Below are positions 51,852 to 61,388 of a stretch of DNA of 64,000 bases, in pieces (position 1 is the first letter of the stretch; every line of letters starts with the position of its first letter). The notes beneath the pieces were generated by a model that had not been told where the DNA came from, searched no databases, and saw nothing but the letters and a program-made list of their open reading frames with translations. Source of the DNA: a virus; the IMG/VR virus record IMGVR_UViG_3300034196_000019, positions 26,623-90,622 of that record. One strand, given 5' to 3'. Made by a program: the position numbers and the translations under genes.

Positions 51852-52207
51852 TATTGAGTACCTCCGCTAAGACTTGCATATGACTTCACAAATGTTCCTG
51901 TGATTACATATAGTCCACCACCTTGTTCTGTAGGATTAGGATCTAAGCAAGTGTAGAGTCCGAGAGTACCAAGAGGTGGAGTCCAGAAGAAACTACGTCT
52001 ACCTGCCTGTTCGTCAAAGAAAGCCATGATCACTTTAGCTTCCTCTGTGCGAGCATGTACACGAATTGCATATTGTTCAGTCTTATTATTCACACCATCA
52101 GAGCTAACTTGCTTATATCCATTACCAAACTGTACTTCATCAACTTCATATTTAATGGTTGGCGTTAATGAGTTCTCCACCCTCCACGTAAAAGTTTGAG
52201 TAGCCAT
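51851..52207 (-). CDS. Minor tail protein M-like
   Basis: QFGNGYKQ...DGVN, SFFWTPP. Confidence 0.9.
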   Translation of the reverse strand: MATQTFTWRVENSLTPTIKYEVDEVQFGNGYKQVSSDGVNNKTEQYAIRVHARTEEAKVIMAFFDEQAGRRSFFWTPPLGTLGLYTCLDPNPTEQGGGLYVITGTFVKSYASLSGGTQ

Positions 52208-52336
52208 TTCATCTCCTGAAATAAGTAAGGGAGGAACAAATTATACAGGACGTATACCGTTCCTCCCTATGTATTGCTATGTTACTATGTATCTATAGTG
52301 TTTGTCAATAGAATCAAATACATCAATAGAAGATTC

Positions 52337-55300
52337 CTATCCTTTGATTGCTCTGTTGATTTGTCCACCATCTTTAAGCCCTTTGTTCAAAAGACTATTA
52401 ACTCTTGTGTCTACAAAGTCAGCAAGCTCTTTACCAAAGCCCTCATAAGCCGGACTGTCAGAAGATGAGCTAGTACCGTCAGAGGATACGTTTACATACA
52501 CGTTAACAGCAGAGCCAGATGCTCCAGTGCTGCTACCAACAAGACGTACACCAAGAGAACCGTCAGAGGATCTGGCAAGAGGTACAATAGCTTCAGGGCC
52601 AGCCTCACCCATCACACCAGTACCACCACCTGACATACCAAAGGCTGTAGGATTAGATACGATACTGTTGGTGAAAGCTCCACCTTGTGCAAAGAACTTA
52701 GTTCCGCTATCCCATGCACCACCTTTAGCTTGAGGGAAGTATGTACTACTATATCCCGCAGCAGTAGAACCAGCAGAAGCTGTTGCTCCTCCAGCACCAC
52801 CAAAGTATGCACTGGCGGCAGTAGAAGCTAATCCAAACAGGCTACTTAAGGCACTGCTAGCAGCTTGCTTAGCTGCAATCTTAGCCAAGTCAGTAATAAT
52901 ACTTCTAGCTAGATCACTAAAGTTGAGCTTGCCTGTAGTAACAAATGTACCAAGAGCATCCCCCATACTATCAAAGGCACCACTCACTGCTCTGTTTATA
53001 GAATCAGCAAAGTTATTACCTTCGTCAGCGGCATTCTGAATAGCCTTTGTAAAGCCATTGGTCCAGTCCGCATTAGCCTCTTGAATGCGAGCATCGTTAG
53101 CTACAATCTGGTCTGCCATTGCTGTATGAGCAGCAGTTAGGTTCTTGAGGTTAGTAGCATACTCTTCAGGGTCCATCCCATTACTAAGAGACTTTGCAAG
53201 TTTAGCTTGATCTTTAGCATAAGATCTATCATTGTCCGCTAGAGCTTCATCTACTTTACCTTGTCTATCCCCTTTGCCAACAGCAGCGGCTTGTCTTTCA
53301 CCACTTACGGCAGTATTCTCAATCTGTTGTTTTAATGCATCATTATAGGCTTCAATAGAAGCTGTACGAGCATCAATCCGACCTTTCTCTTTAGTGTCTA
53401 GGACTTCCTGTTTAGATGCATTAGCTTCAGCAGCTTTAGCTCTATCGGACTCGGCTTTATTGAGTTGGTTGTTTAGAGAGATATTAGCTTGAGCAGAGTT
53501 AGTCTTATTCCCTTGTAGACGCTTAATAGCAGCAATCTGTTGTTCATAACTATCATCAACAGCCTTAGCCTCAGCTTCAAGAATAGACTTCTGAGAAGCA
53601 TATGTAGCAGCACGAGAGACAATGTTAGCCTCACCAAGCGCTGTCACTTCCTTGTAGTAATTAGAATATTCAGATTTTATAGAATCAAGATTATTCTTTA
53701 CTTCCTGTATTTGTGTATTATCTACAGGAGAGGATTTAGTCTTACCTTTCTCAGCATCAGCTTTAATTGCCTCAGCTAATTTACGCTCAGAGTCTGTCTT
53801 ATTTTTAACATAGAGAGCTGTTTGCTCTTCTGTAATCTCAACACCTTTTAGGGAAGCATAAGCAAGAATTGCTTTCTGCTCTCTTTCTACTTTATCAAGC
53901 TCACTTCTTGCTCTCTCAACTTGAGTGCCTGAAGAGGAGCTTCTTGCTATCTGACTGTTTGTAGCAACGTTAGCTGCTTGTCTTGCTACTTCTTCAGCTC
54001 TCTTGTTTGCAGCCTTAGCTTCAGTCTCTTTATTGGTGAAATCAATAGACTGCTTAAGAAAACCTATGCGTTCCCTAAGATCCTTTACACCTTGATCACC
54101 AACATATGTTTTTGTTGATACCCCTTGCCCTGTAGGTGTTACACTTCCACCACGAGTTTCAAGTTGGGATAGAGCTTCTTGTAGTTGTTTGAGTTGATCA
54201 CCAGAGGATTGTTGTCTTCCAACATTAAGTACTGCATCCCATGCCTCAAGGGCTATATCCCTAACTCCGCGCCACGACCTTTCAACAATACCTAAGTTAT
54301 CTTGTATGTTTTTAGCCATATTTTCTGCGCCAGCAGCCAGCTCATTCTGAGCAAGTGACACTGCACCAATCAAATCACCTTGTCTTTGCAGAGCATCCAC
54401 TTGAGCCAGTACAGAAGCTGTAAGGAATTTATACTTATCATCAAGAGTGACTACGGCTGAAACAGGATCTTTGGCTAGAGATGCAAAGTCATCTACAGTG
54501 GCTTGGATTGCTTGTCCTGTAGCTCTCTGCATGTTGATCGCAGCTAAAGCAATCTTTTCAAACTGATCACCTGCAATCTTACCAGAGCTTTCCAATGCAG
54601 TTAATGCAGTGGCAGCATCTCTAGAAGTACCAGAAATCCCATCAAGATTTCTTTGCATTGTTAAGAATGCGTCTGCTGTCACTCCAGAGAATCCAGCAGA
54701 TGATGCAGCAGCCTTGCCAAACTCTGTAAGCTCATTACTGCCTTGATAAGCAGCAACACCGAGAGCAGCAATCAATCCAGCTACAACAGTAAGAGGACTC
54801 ACCATTGCAAGAAGAGCACCCCCCACAGCTTTAAATGCTGGGACAATACCCCCAAACGTATCCTTAATCTGTCCACCTTGTTGCAGCAGTACAGTGAAAG
54901 GGGCTTGCCCACCTTGAAGGGATACTACAATGTCTGTAAACTGAGCTGGTAATCCACGTAAGGCAAATGCTGTTTCTTTAGCTGTCTTACCTGTGGTCTG
55001 GAGAGCATCATTATAACGAATCTGAGTTGTACGGCTTCGTTCTAGAATGCCATTGTATTTCTCAAAGTCTTCTCCACCAATTGCACCAGAACTCTTTTGT
55101 TTAGCTAATTCTTTCTGGAGACGATCAAGCTCATTGAGTTTAGAGATGGAAGGATCAATCTTAGCAAGAAGGTCTCCCAGTGCAGATACTTGTCCTCTTT
55201 CAGCATCAGCGGCACCTTTTGTCCCTTGTGCAAGCTGTCTCTTAGCTTCATACTCTTTTAGAGCAGCATCAGCACGACTATTAGCGGCAGATACAGCACC

Positions 55301-55831
55301 AGAACTAACGATCCCTTGTTCAGCCTCACTAGCACCCTTTGTAGCAGTTGTGAGCCTTTCTTGTGCTGTAGCAGCGTCAAATGCAGCTTGTGCAACTGCC
55401 TTAAGTCTTTCTGGTACGCCTTCTGTTCCAGCGGAGGCTTGTCTCTGAGCAGCACCTACTCCAGATAGCTTGTCTACAGACTCTTGTAGTTTAGCATTGT
55501 AGGCATCAAAAGCTGCTGTACTAATATTACCTTTGTTAGCAAAGAGAGCAGCTTCTTGTTTAGCAAGATCATTCAGCTTTTTAGTGATTGGGTCAATCTT
55601 ACCAAGAAGAGTTTCAAGCTCTTTACTTTGTTTCTCTGTAGACTTAGCAGCACTCTCAGCCGTATCTGCCACTTGCTTAGAGGATGAAGCTAGCTTATCA
55701 TCAGATGACTTCTTCTTTTCGTTAGCAGAGGCTGCTTTATCAGAGGCTTGTGCAAAATCATTTAAGGCTTTAGTTCCTCTCTCAAGAGGAGTACTGTCTA
55801 CCCGTATCTCAAGTTCAGCTATTGTTGGCAT
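52337..55831 (-). CDS. Tape measure protein
   Basis: 1164-aa Ala-rich helical protein; PAQFTDIVVSL..QQGGQIKD; MGEAGPEAIVPL. Confidence 0.95.
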   Translation of the reverse strand: MPTIAELEIRVDSTPLERGTKALNDFAQASDKAASANEKKKSSDDKLASSSKQVADTAESAAKSTEKQSKELETLLGKIDPITKKLNDLAKQEAALFANKGNISTAAFDAYNAKLQESVDKLSGVGAAQRQASAGTEGVPERLKAVAQAAFDAATAQERLTTATKGASEAEQGIVSSGAVSAANSRADAALKEYEAKRQLAQGTKGAADAERGQVSALGDLLAKIDPSISKLNELDRLQKELAKQKSSGAIGGEDFEKYNGILERSRTTQIRYNDALQTTGKTAKETAFALRGLPAQFTDIVVSLQGGQAPFTVLLQQGGQIKDTFGGIVPAFKAVGGALLAMVSPLTVVAGLIAALGVAAYQGSNELTEFGKAAASSAGFSGVTADAFLTMQRNLDGISGTSRDAATALTALESSGKIAGDQFEKIALAAINMQRATGQAIQATVDDFASLAKDPVSAVVTLDDKYKFLTASVLAQVDALQRQGDLIGAVSLAQNELAAGAENMAKNIQDNLGIVERSWRGVRDIALEAWDAVLNVGRQQSSGDQLKQLQEALSQLETRGGSVTPTGQGVSTKTYVGDQGVKDLRERIGFLKQSIDFTNKETEAKAANKRAEEVARQAANVATNSQIARSSSSGTQVERARSELDKVEREQKAILAYASLKGVEITEEQTALYVKNKTDSERKLAEAIKADAEKGKTKSSPVDNTQIQEVKNNLDSIKSEYSNYYKEVTALGEANIVSRAATYASQKSILEAEAKAVDDSYEQQIAAIKRLQGNKTNSAQANISLNNQLNKAESDRAKAAEANASKQEVLDTKEKGRIDARTASIEAYNDALKQQIENTAVSGERQAAAVGKGDRQGKVDEALADNDRSYAKDQAKLAKSLSNGMDPEEYATNLKNLTAAHTAMADQIVANDARIQEANADWTNGFTKAIQNAADEGNNFADSINRAVSGAFDSMGDALGTFVTTGKLNFSDLARSIITDLAKIAAKQAASSALSSLFGLASTAASAYFGGAGGATASAGSTAAGYSSTYFPQAKGGAWDSGTKFFAQGGAFTNSIVSNPTAFGMSGGGTGVMGEAGPEAIVPLARSSDGSLGVRLVGSSTGASGSAVNVYVNVSSDGTSSSSDSPAYEGFGKELADFVDTRVNSLLNKGLKDGGQINRAIKG

Positions 55832-56527
55832 CTGGCTTATTCTCCCCCATTGTGATAAGAGCTTCGTTCTCCATCACTTGAATGTCAGGGAACATGTCTT
55901 GTATTTGTTTTTTCTTATATCCAAGCATTTTAGCTACAGGAGGGATAGCTGTGTAATCTAAACCAATAGCACCACCCATACCACTTGTACGCCATTGTGT
56001 ATTCATTGAGTGGAAGACAGAGAAAGAAGGCCAGTTAATATCCCACACTTCAATAATCTCAGGAGGGATTTCATCTAGCTTCATACCAAACAAAGCTGCT
56101 TGGTGTTCATCAACATCTTTCTCATACATGGCATGGGCGGTGCTAATCAGTTTCCCTGACGGGCGCTCACGTAGGCAGCATTGTAAGCATTAGTGATAGC
56201 TTCAGTGACAGAGATAGAGCTGTTTACAAGAGCTTCAATATTATCATCATTGAACTCATCATCAAAGTTCCAGCCAATTACAATATCTTTCACCTGCCCC
56301 ACTTGCAAAGCAATCTCAGCTTCAGCCCAGTCTTCCAGAGTATAATCCGTACCAGACTCTCGCAGTTCCTCAAACTCTTTACCCCATTTGGAGAACAAGG
56401 TAGCCAATTCTTTACGAGACTTAGCTTTGAATACAAATTCTACTTCCAAAGGTTCACCACCAACACGAGGGATGCTTACTTTAGACTTAAATGTGGGGGC
56501 TACAGCAATTACGAATTTCTTAGCCAT
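55815..56527 (-). CDS. Tail assembly chaperone G (56147-56527) and G-T fusion via -1 frameshift
   Basis: Slippery G-GGA-AAC at 56150-56156 just before the stop; the -1 frame is open into ORF 55815-56129. Confidence 0.85.
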
Positions 56528-56538
56528 GTGGCTTCTCC

Positions 56539-57204
56539 TTAGTTATACGAAACTGTGATTCGATTATTATTCAAATCGTCTTTTAAGATCTGAGCCCGTT
56601 CTTCAAGGCCAAGCTCTACACTTTTGTGATGCTTAATTCCTGTATCAATGCAAAACTGTTTATACCCTGGAATCAGGTCTAGGATAATTTCTGCCTTTGC
56701 TGCTTGCCACAAAGCATGAAACTCTTCAGGTGTTTCTCGTACACCGAGATACTTCATCTTACCTTTATCCATCAGAGCACCGTGCATAAACCAACGTCCA
56801 TTCCAGTGAGATTTCCTCTTGATAACACCTGCTGGAAAATCACCACTCTGCTTACCAAGATCAACAATCACAGAATTAATATTTCTAGGGACGAATGCAC
56901 AAAGTTCGGGAGAATAAACTTTATTCCCTTTAAGTTTAATATCTTTGTCTAGGTGAGCAATTTTATAGTTGTCCTCACCGAAACCTTCAGACTTGCTCCA
57001 TTCAATAAAGAATGAAAGATACTTAAACCTCTCGTCAGCCTCACAGAAATCATAGGCACGAGAAGCACGGGGCTTACCCTTACACCGATTAACAAGAGAC
57101 CTCCAACGACTGTAGAACGGGCACTCCCATCGTACTGGTACGGTTGTAGACACTTGATAGTCAGCGTCGTTTACGCCCCAATTATGAAGCAAACCTTTCG
57201 TCAA
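56539..57204 (-). CDS. Free-standing HNH endonuclease inside the tail operon
   Basis: WGVNDADY, HLDKDIKLKGNKVYSPELCAFVP..IN. Confidence 0.85.
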   Translation of the reverse strand: MTKGLLHNWGVNDADYQVSTTVPVRWECPFYSRWRSLVNRCKGKPRASRAYDFCEADERFKYLSFFIEWSKSEGFGEDNYKIAHLDKDIKLKGNKVYSPELCAFVPRNINSVIVDLGKQSGDFPAGVIKRKSHWNGRWFMHGALMDKGKMKYLGVRETPEEFHALWQAAKAEIILDLIPGYKQFCIDTGIKHHKSVELGLEERAQILKDDLNNNRITVSYN

Positions 57205-57208
57205 AACA

Positions 57209-57262
57209 GATACCTCCTCTTAAATTGAAGAGGTATCATAGCACATCAGATTACAAAATCAA
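57209..57262 (-). promoter_or_regulatory. RBS-sequestering hairpin with overlapping extended -10 promoter
   Basis: GATACCTC/GAGGTATC arms cover GAGGAGGT; TGCTATGAT at 57235-57243. Confidence 0.65.
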
Positions 57263-57915
57263 ACAGATTTTTGGTATCTAGTTACGCGGCCTTGCTGAGC
57301 CAGAGTAATTACACGCTGCATCAGTTGGTCACGAGTAAGGGTTGGGGTGTTAGTAATGGATGCTACCGAGTTGTAGTAGATTTCATCGCCATTAACCAGA
57401 TTCAACCGTTGAACGCGGGTAGCCTTCAACTCATCAGCCTTTTCTACGATAGGTACGTAAGCCTGGGTTGGATCATCTGCAATTGTAAGGGTCAAAGTAG
57501 AAGGGTTCTTAGAGGTTGGGAGTTGGCGTTGCTCGTCCTCTTCCAGGAAGGCAAAGGTGTAAAACTGCTGGTCTCCCCCACTCGAAGCTACTTCCATGAT
57601 CTGAGGAATGTTAACCCAGGTCTCAACCTTGTAGAAAGAACCAGCGGAGGCGCCTGCTGGAAAACGAGTTACGTCTGTTGTATCAAGTTTCTCAAGTACA
57701 AAGCTAACATCAGCAACAACACTCTTAACTTTGAATGCTCGTCCAGTGATACGAGTCCAACCAGAGGTGATTACTACAACATCACCAGCTACAACATCAT
57801 GAAGAGCTGCACTAACTACAGCTTCTGCTGCGTTGCTAATAGCAGTGATTGTTACCGGCTCACTAGAAGTGGCCTCGAAGTAAAAGCTGCTACCGTTGGG
57901 AAGGCGAAAAGCCAT
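57259..57915 (-). CDS. Major tail tube protein
   Basis: MAFRLPNGS, SGGDQQF, PTLTRDQLM. Confidence 0.9.
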   Translation of the reverse strand: MAFRLPNGSSFYFEATSSEPVTITAISNAAEAVVSAALHDVVAGDVVVITSGWTRITGRAFKVKSVVADVSFVLEKLDTTDVTRFPAGASAGSFYKVETWVNIPQIMEVASSGGDQQFYTFAFLEEDEQRQLPTSKNPSTLTLTIADDPTQAYVPIVEKADELKATRVQRLNLVNGDEIYYNSVASITNTPTLTRDQLMQRVITLAQQGRVTRYQKSV

Positions 57916-57980
57916 ATTTATATCCTCTTTCTAATTAATTTAAATTCTTGTCAAAAGTATATCTTGCTTAATTGATGTCT

Positions 57981-58400
57981 TTAGACAGTATCAGCCCTAT
58001 ACTCAAATGAACAAGGAACCACCCAACTCCCAGATTGATCTTTACCTTCTGGAGAATGAATAGGAGATAGCACTTGTACACTAAACATAGATGGATCATC
58101 TTCTTTAAACAAAGCATATACTGGAAACTTAGTTTGTAGCTTTTCTACAATATCATCAGCATTCCCAGAACCATCACCTGAAGCTGTAATAACTTTCATT
58201 TGATACAAACCAATATACTCTTTGTGATCACCACCAAGTGTACGTGTTTGTGTGTCTGCTGGAATGAGGTGACATTGTATGTATGTTTCATCAACATTTG
58301 GAGTGAAATTAACATTATCAAATGAGACTCTAAGACTATTAGCCTCAGCAAACAAACTCATTTCATAATTGAAGATGTTCCTTATTCGTGCATGGCTCAT
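57981..58400 (-). CDS. Tail terminator protein
   Basis: FDNVNFTP, GLYQ, VPCSFEYRAD; position. Confidence 0.75.
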   Translation of the reverse strand: MSHARIRNIFNYEMSLFAEANSLRVSFDNVNFTPNVDETYIQCHLIPADTQTRTLGGDHKEYIGLYQMKVITASGDGSGNADDIVEKLQTKFPVYALFKEDDPSMFSVQVLSPIHSPEGKDQSGSWVVPCSFEYRADTV

Positions 58401-58411
58401 CTCCTTCTCCT

Positions 58412-58816
58412 TTAATTATTCTTGTGAAGACGTACAGCATCTTCTACTATTTGTGCAAACTTAAGTGCTGTCACTCTAACAATACCCTCTGGTGCTTGAT
58501 TACTGTATCCATATTCAAGGTCATATCCGTATGTCACCATGTTCTGAATGTAAGCCACTTGTCCTGCTGTAAATGTATTAGCTGTAGCTGCAATATCTGC
58601 TAGCGTAGTATTACCTTCCGGATCACGTCTAATCAAACTAGAGCTTGCTGATCCATCAATAGTAAGCTGCCAATTCCCTTTGAACAAACCTGTCTTAACT
58701 GGAGATAAAGTGACAACACTCTTTCCCACCATAAGCACTGCATTCTGCAATACGTCATCAATGCTTTGCTCAGTCTCTTCAGTCCACCTGTTGATAGTGT
58801 CTAGGAAACTACTCAT
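58412..58816 (-). CDS. Neck protein (HK97 gp10-like)
   Basis: SPVKTGLFKGNW, LEYGYSNQAPEG. Confidence 0.85.
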   Translation of the reverse strand: MSSFLDTINRWTEETEQSIDDVLQNAVLMVGKSVVTLSPVKTGLFKGNWQLTIDGSASSSLIRRDPEGNTTLADIAATANTFTAGQVAYIQNMVTYGYDLEYGYSNQAPEGIVRVTALKFAQIVEDAVRLHKNN

Positions 58817-58819
58817 CTC

Positions 58820-59215
58820 TTAGCCCTTTCTCATCTGAAGTTTCCAACCACAATCAATACCAGCATTATTCCAAGGGTAAATGTCTACTACCTTGTAGTT
58901 TACATCTAAGAAAACGATGATATCGTCTTTGATAGGTGTTACCATTGCTGTAGTATTATCTTGCAAAACAGGGGATAAATACAGTTGAAAATCATCCTTT
59001 AGGATCGATGTATCTTTGTATGCCCAGTTCTTATACTGTATCCTTACAGCACTTCCATTATATGTCTCTGTACTTCCACCTTCCACTTTGCCAGTCTTAG
59101 GATTAAATACTCCAGCCACTTTCCTTGTGAGGATTGCAGCAGCTCCAAGCCCTCCACGCCCAATCCCTAGACGCCTGATTGTCATAGCTCTTAGTCTATC
59201 GTATGTGTTAGCCAT
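58820..59215 (-). CDS. Head closure / stopper protein
   Basis: FNPKTG, WKLQMRK; position. Confidence 0.7.
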   Translation of the reverse strand: MANTYDRLRAMTIRRLGIGRGGLGAAAILTRKVAGVFNPKTGKVEGGSTETYNGSAVRIQYKNWAYKDTSILKDDFQLYLSPVLQDNTTAMVTPIKDDIIVFLDVNYKVVDIYPWNNAGIDCGWKLQMRKG

Positions 59216-59643
59216 TAGCATCCACCACTACAAGACCCAGCTCCTGCTAAAGTACTTCCAAACCTTGGGAATCTTGATGGCTTGTCACAGCGAGAGAATT
59301 CAAGAAGTTTATTCTTCTCACAGCTATCCGCTCCAGCAAACCAAGGCATAAGTCCTGCTGGTGGAACACTCCCTGCTGTCTTAATAAGATAATCAAGAAG
59401 CTTGATGTAGTCAGAAGATGTACTACCAGAGATAGATAGTTCACCAATCACTTCACGAGAACTATTACCACTCACAAAGAATCCAGCAGACATAGCAGCA
59501 ATCACCACAGCTCGGTTTACATTGCCACCGCCTGCCTTAAGGAATTGCGCATATTGTTCTTCTGTGAACATTGGATAGTAGGGACCACCAACAATATCAC
59601 CAATCATAAGGGCTAGGAGGGAAATCTTTTCTTCGTCTGTCAT
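59215..59643 (-). CDS. Head-tail adaptor
   Basis: GGAGG RBS before ATG 59643; first gene after the capsid terminator (about 59681-59708). Confidence 0.7.
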   Translation of the reverse strand: MTDEEKISLLALMIGDIVGGPYYPMFTEEQYAQFLKAGGGNVNRAVVIAAMSAGFFVSGNSSREVIGELSISGSTSSDYIKLLDYLIKTAGSVPPAGLMPWFAGADSCEKNKLLEFSRCDKPSRFPRFGSTLAGAGSCSGGC

Positions 59644-59721
59644 ACTAATTCCTCCAAGGGAGGGATCGTCCTCCTGAAACAACAAAGGGCTAGCTTCCGC
59701 CAGCCCTAGGGGTATGCCTAA

Positions 59722-60819
59722 TTAGGACTTGGTGATAGTGAATACAGCGCCTGGGTAGGTGAGAACGTTGATGAAGTTCTGTTCAGCTTTCATGTTGATC
59801 AGATCATCTTCTTCACTCAGCTTCTCGAAGTAGTAACGACCTGCATAACGGGAGTTGATAGTGCTGAAAGTCTTAGGTGGAGCGTAGTGAGTACGGAACA
59901 TACCACGAACACCAGTAGGCAGAGCAATTGCTTCGCCAGCAGCAATCCAAGGAACGAATACACCATCTGGACCATCATAACCACCAGTACCAGCGTCGAT
60001 GAATGTGACGCCCCACACAGTGACGGAACGGAAGTTAGCGTCGAAGCCCGGTGCAGTTTCTGGAACACCTACCAACAGACGGTTCAGGTCTTGTTGGAAG
60101 TATTTGATAGCATCAGTTACGAACGGGTTGGTGAGTACAGCATCGAAGAAGTCAGAGCCACATAGTACAACCAGTTGACGGTAGTTGCCATTCGATGCGC
60201 TATTACGCAAAGCAACACGCATTTGACGGATCAGACCAGAGACGCTAGGGCGTGGATCGTTTGCACCAGACAGGGCCAAGTTTACAGTCTGACGAGTAAC
60301 ACCCATCTCTTGGTAGAAGTCAATGGTATCGCCATACGAGGTAGCCAGAGTGCCAGCAGGAGCATAGACAGTACCACGAGTCAGCAATTGCATTTTAGCA
60401 ACGTCAGCAGTCAGGTCGAAAGCATTGTTAATTACAAACAGCTTCTCAGTACGAACATCAGCTACTTCTTGCAGCATGACAGCATCTGATAGGCTTTCTA
60501 CTTTCTGAATACCATCAATGTCCGAAGGCTTGATAGCATCCAGCAGTTGGAAGTTAGGCACCTTAGCTTGGATGAAGCCACGAACAGGACGACCAACCAA
60601 GGTATCAGGCTTAGCGTCCCAGTTCTTATCTTTGATCAGGTGGTTAGCATATTGGCTACGTTGGATTTCCAGCTTACTAGTTTGCAGATAGTTTTCTTCG
60701 AAGATACCCAATGCATCAATGATGCTAATATTACGTGGAATCTCTACCAGAATGTCTGTCAAGTCAACAAATCGGCCCTGCGACAGACGATCAATATTAC
60801 GGTCAATTACCAAAGTCAT
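59722..60819 (-). CDS. Major capsid protein (capsid E-like)
   Basis: 365 aa, strong codon bias, follows decoration and protease genes. Confidence 0.9.
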   Translation of the reverse strand: MTLVIDRNIDRLSQGRFVDLTDILVEIPRNISIIDALGIFEENYLQTSKLEIQRSQYANHLIKDKNWDAKPDTLVGRPVRGFIQAKVPNFQLLDAIKPSDIDGIQKVESLSDAVMLQEVADVRTEKLFVINNAFDLTADVAKMQLLTRGTVYAPAGTLATSYGDTIDFYQEMGVTRQTVNLALSGANDPRPSVSGLIRQMRVALRNSASNGNYRQLVVLCGSDFFDAVLTNPFVTDAIKYFQQDLNRLLVGVPETAPGFDANFRSVTVWGVTFIDAGTGGYDGPDGVFVPWIAAGEAIALPTGVRGMFRTHYAPPKTFSTINSRYAGRYYFEKLSEEDDLINMKAEQNFINVLTYPGAVFTITKS

Positions 60820-60897
60820 TTAATATTCCTTTTGTTGTTGGGGATACTTTTCTCTTAATATCCCCAGAAGATTTAGATACGTGGGTACGTGGTTTAA

Positions 60898-61347
60898 TTA
60901 AACAACTACGCCAGTAAAGTTAGTTACGTCATCCAGAACGATCACTTGTTGATCAGCCAACAGTTGCTTCATGATGTTGTAAGGAGTGGCACCCAATGTG
61001 GTAGCATGTACGGCTTTGATATAGTACTCTTTCAACGAAGCTTGGCGTTTGATAACAACCGAGTTATATTTCAGGGCAGCAATAGCTTTAGGAGTGAAGT
61101 CAGCTTTAAAGCCGTACTGATCACCATAAACTACGGCATATTCGTTGGTTGCAGCGATATCAGCAGCTACAGCTACCTTTACCCAAGGAGCAGACTTAGC
61201 CAAGCCTTTAGCACGGAAAACTATAGTACCAAAAGGGATAACACCTGCTGGAGTAATGTTAGCTTCATCGAAACTTACGTTAAACTCTTCTTGGTCTACA
61301 ACCAAATCAGAAGACAGCTTCTGAAGTGCGATATTAGTGAAAGCCAT
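60898..61347 (-). CDS. Head decoration protein
   Basis: Size, position between protease and capsid, high-expression codon bias. Confidence 0.75.
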   Translation of the reverse strand: MAFTNIALQKLSSDLVVDQEEFNVSFDEANITPAGVIPFGTIVFRAKGLAKSAPWVKVAVAADIAATNEYAVVYGDQYGFKADFTPKAIAALKYNSVVIKRQASLKEYYIKAVHATTLGATPYNIMKQLLADQQVIVLDDVTNFTGVVV

Positions 61348-61388
61348 GTTTTTATATCCTCTTATTTATTTAGATTATTGTTTGTTGC

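Noticed and set aside
14046-52339. Genome-wide TAG reassignment, suggested by two in-frame TAGs and by several TAG-ending genes whose read-through would end in an ATGA/TTGA overlap (16195, about 18005, 20481, 27086)
   Set aside because: TAG ends genes directly before terminators (40074, 41382), overlaps a start (TAGTG at 45700) and ends the tape measure and K genes; long genes contain no internal TAG; the overlaps can arise by chance
56147-56156. -1 frameshift in the tail chaperone as a novelty
   Set aside because: Real but a well-known conserved feature of long-tailed phages; listed as a feature only
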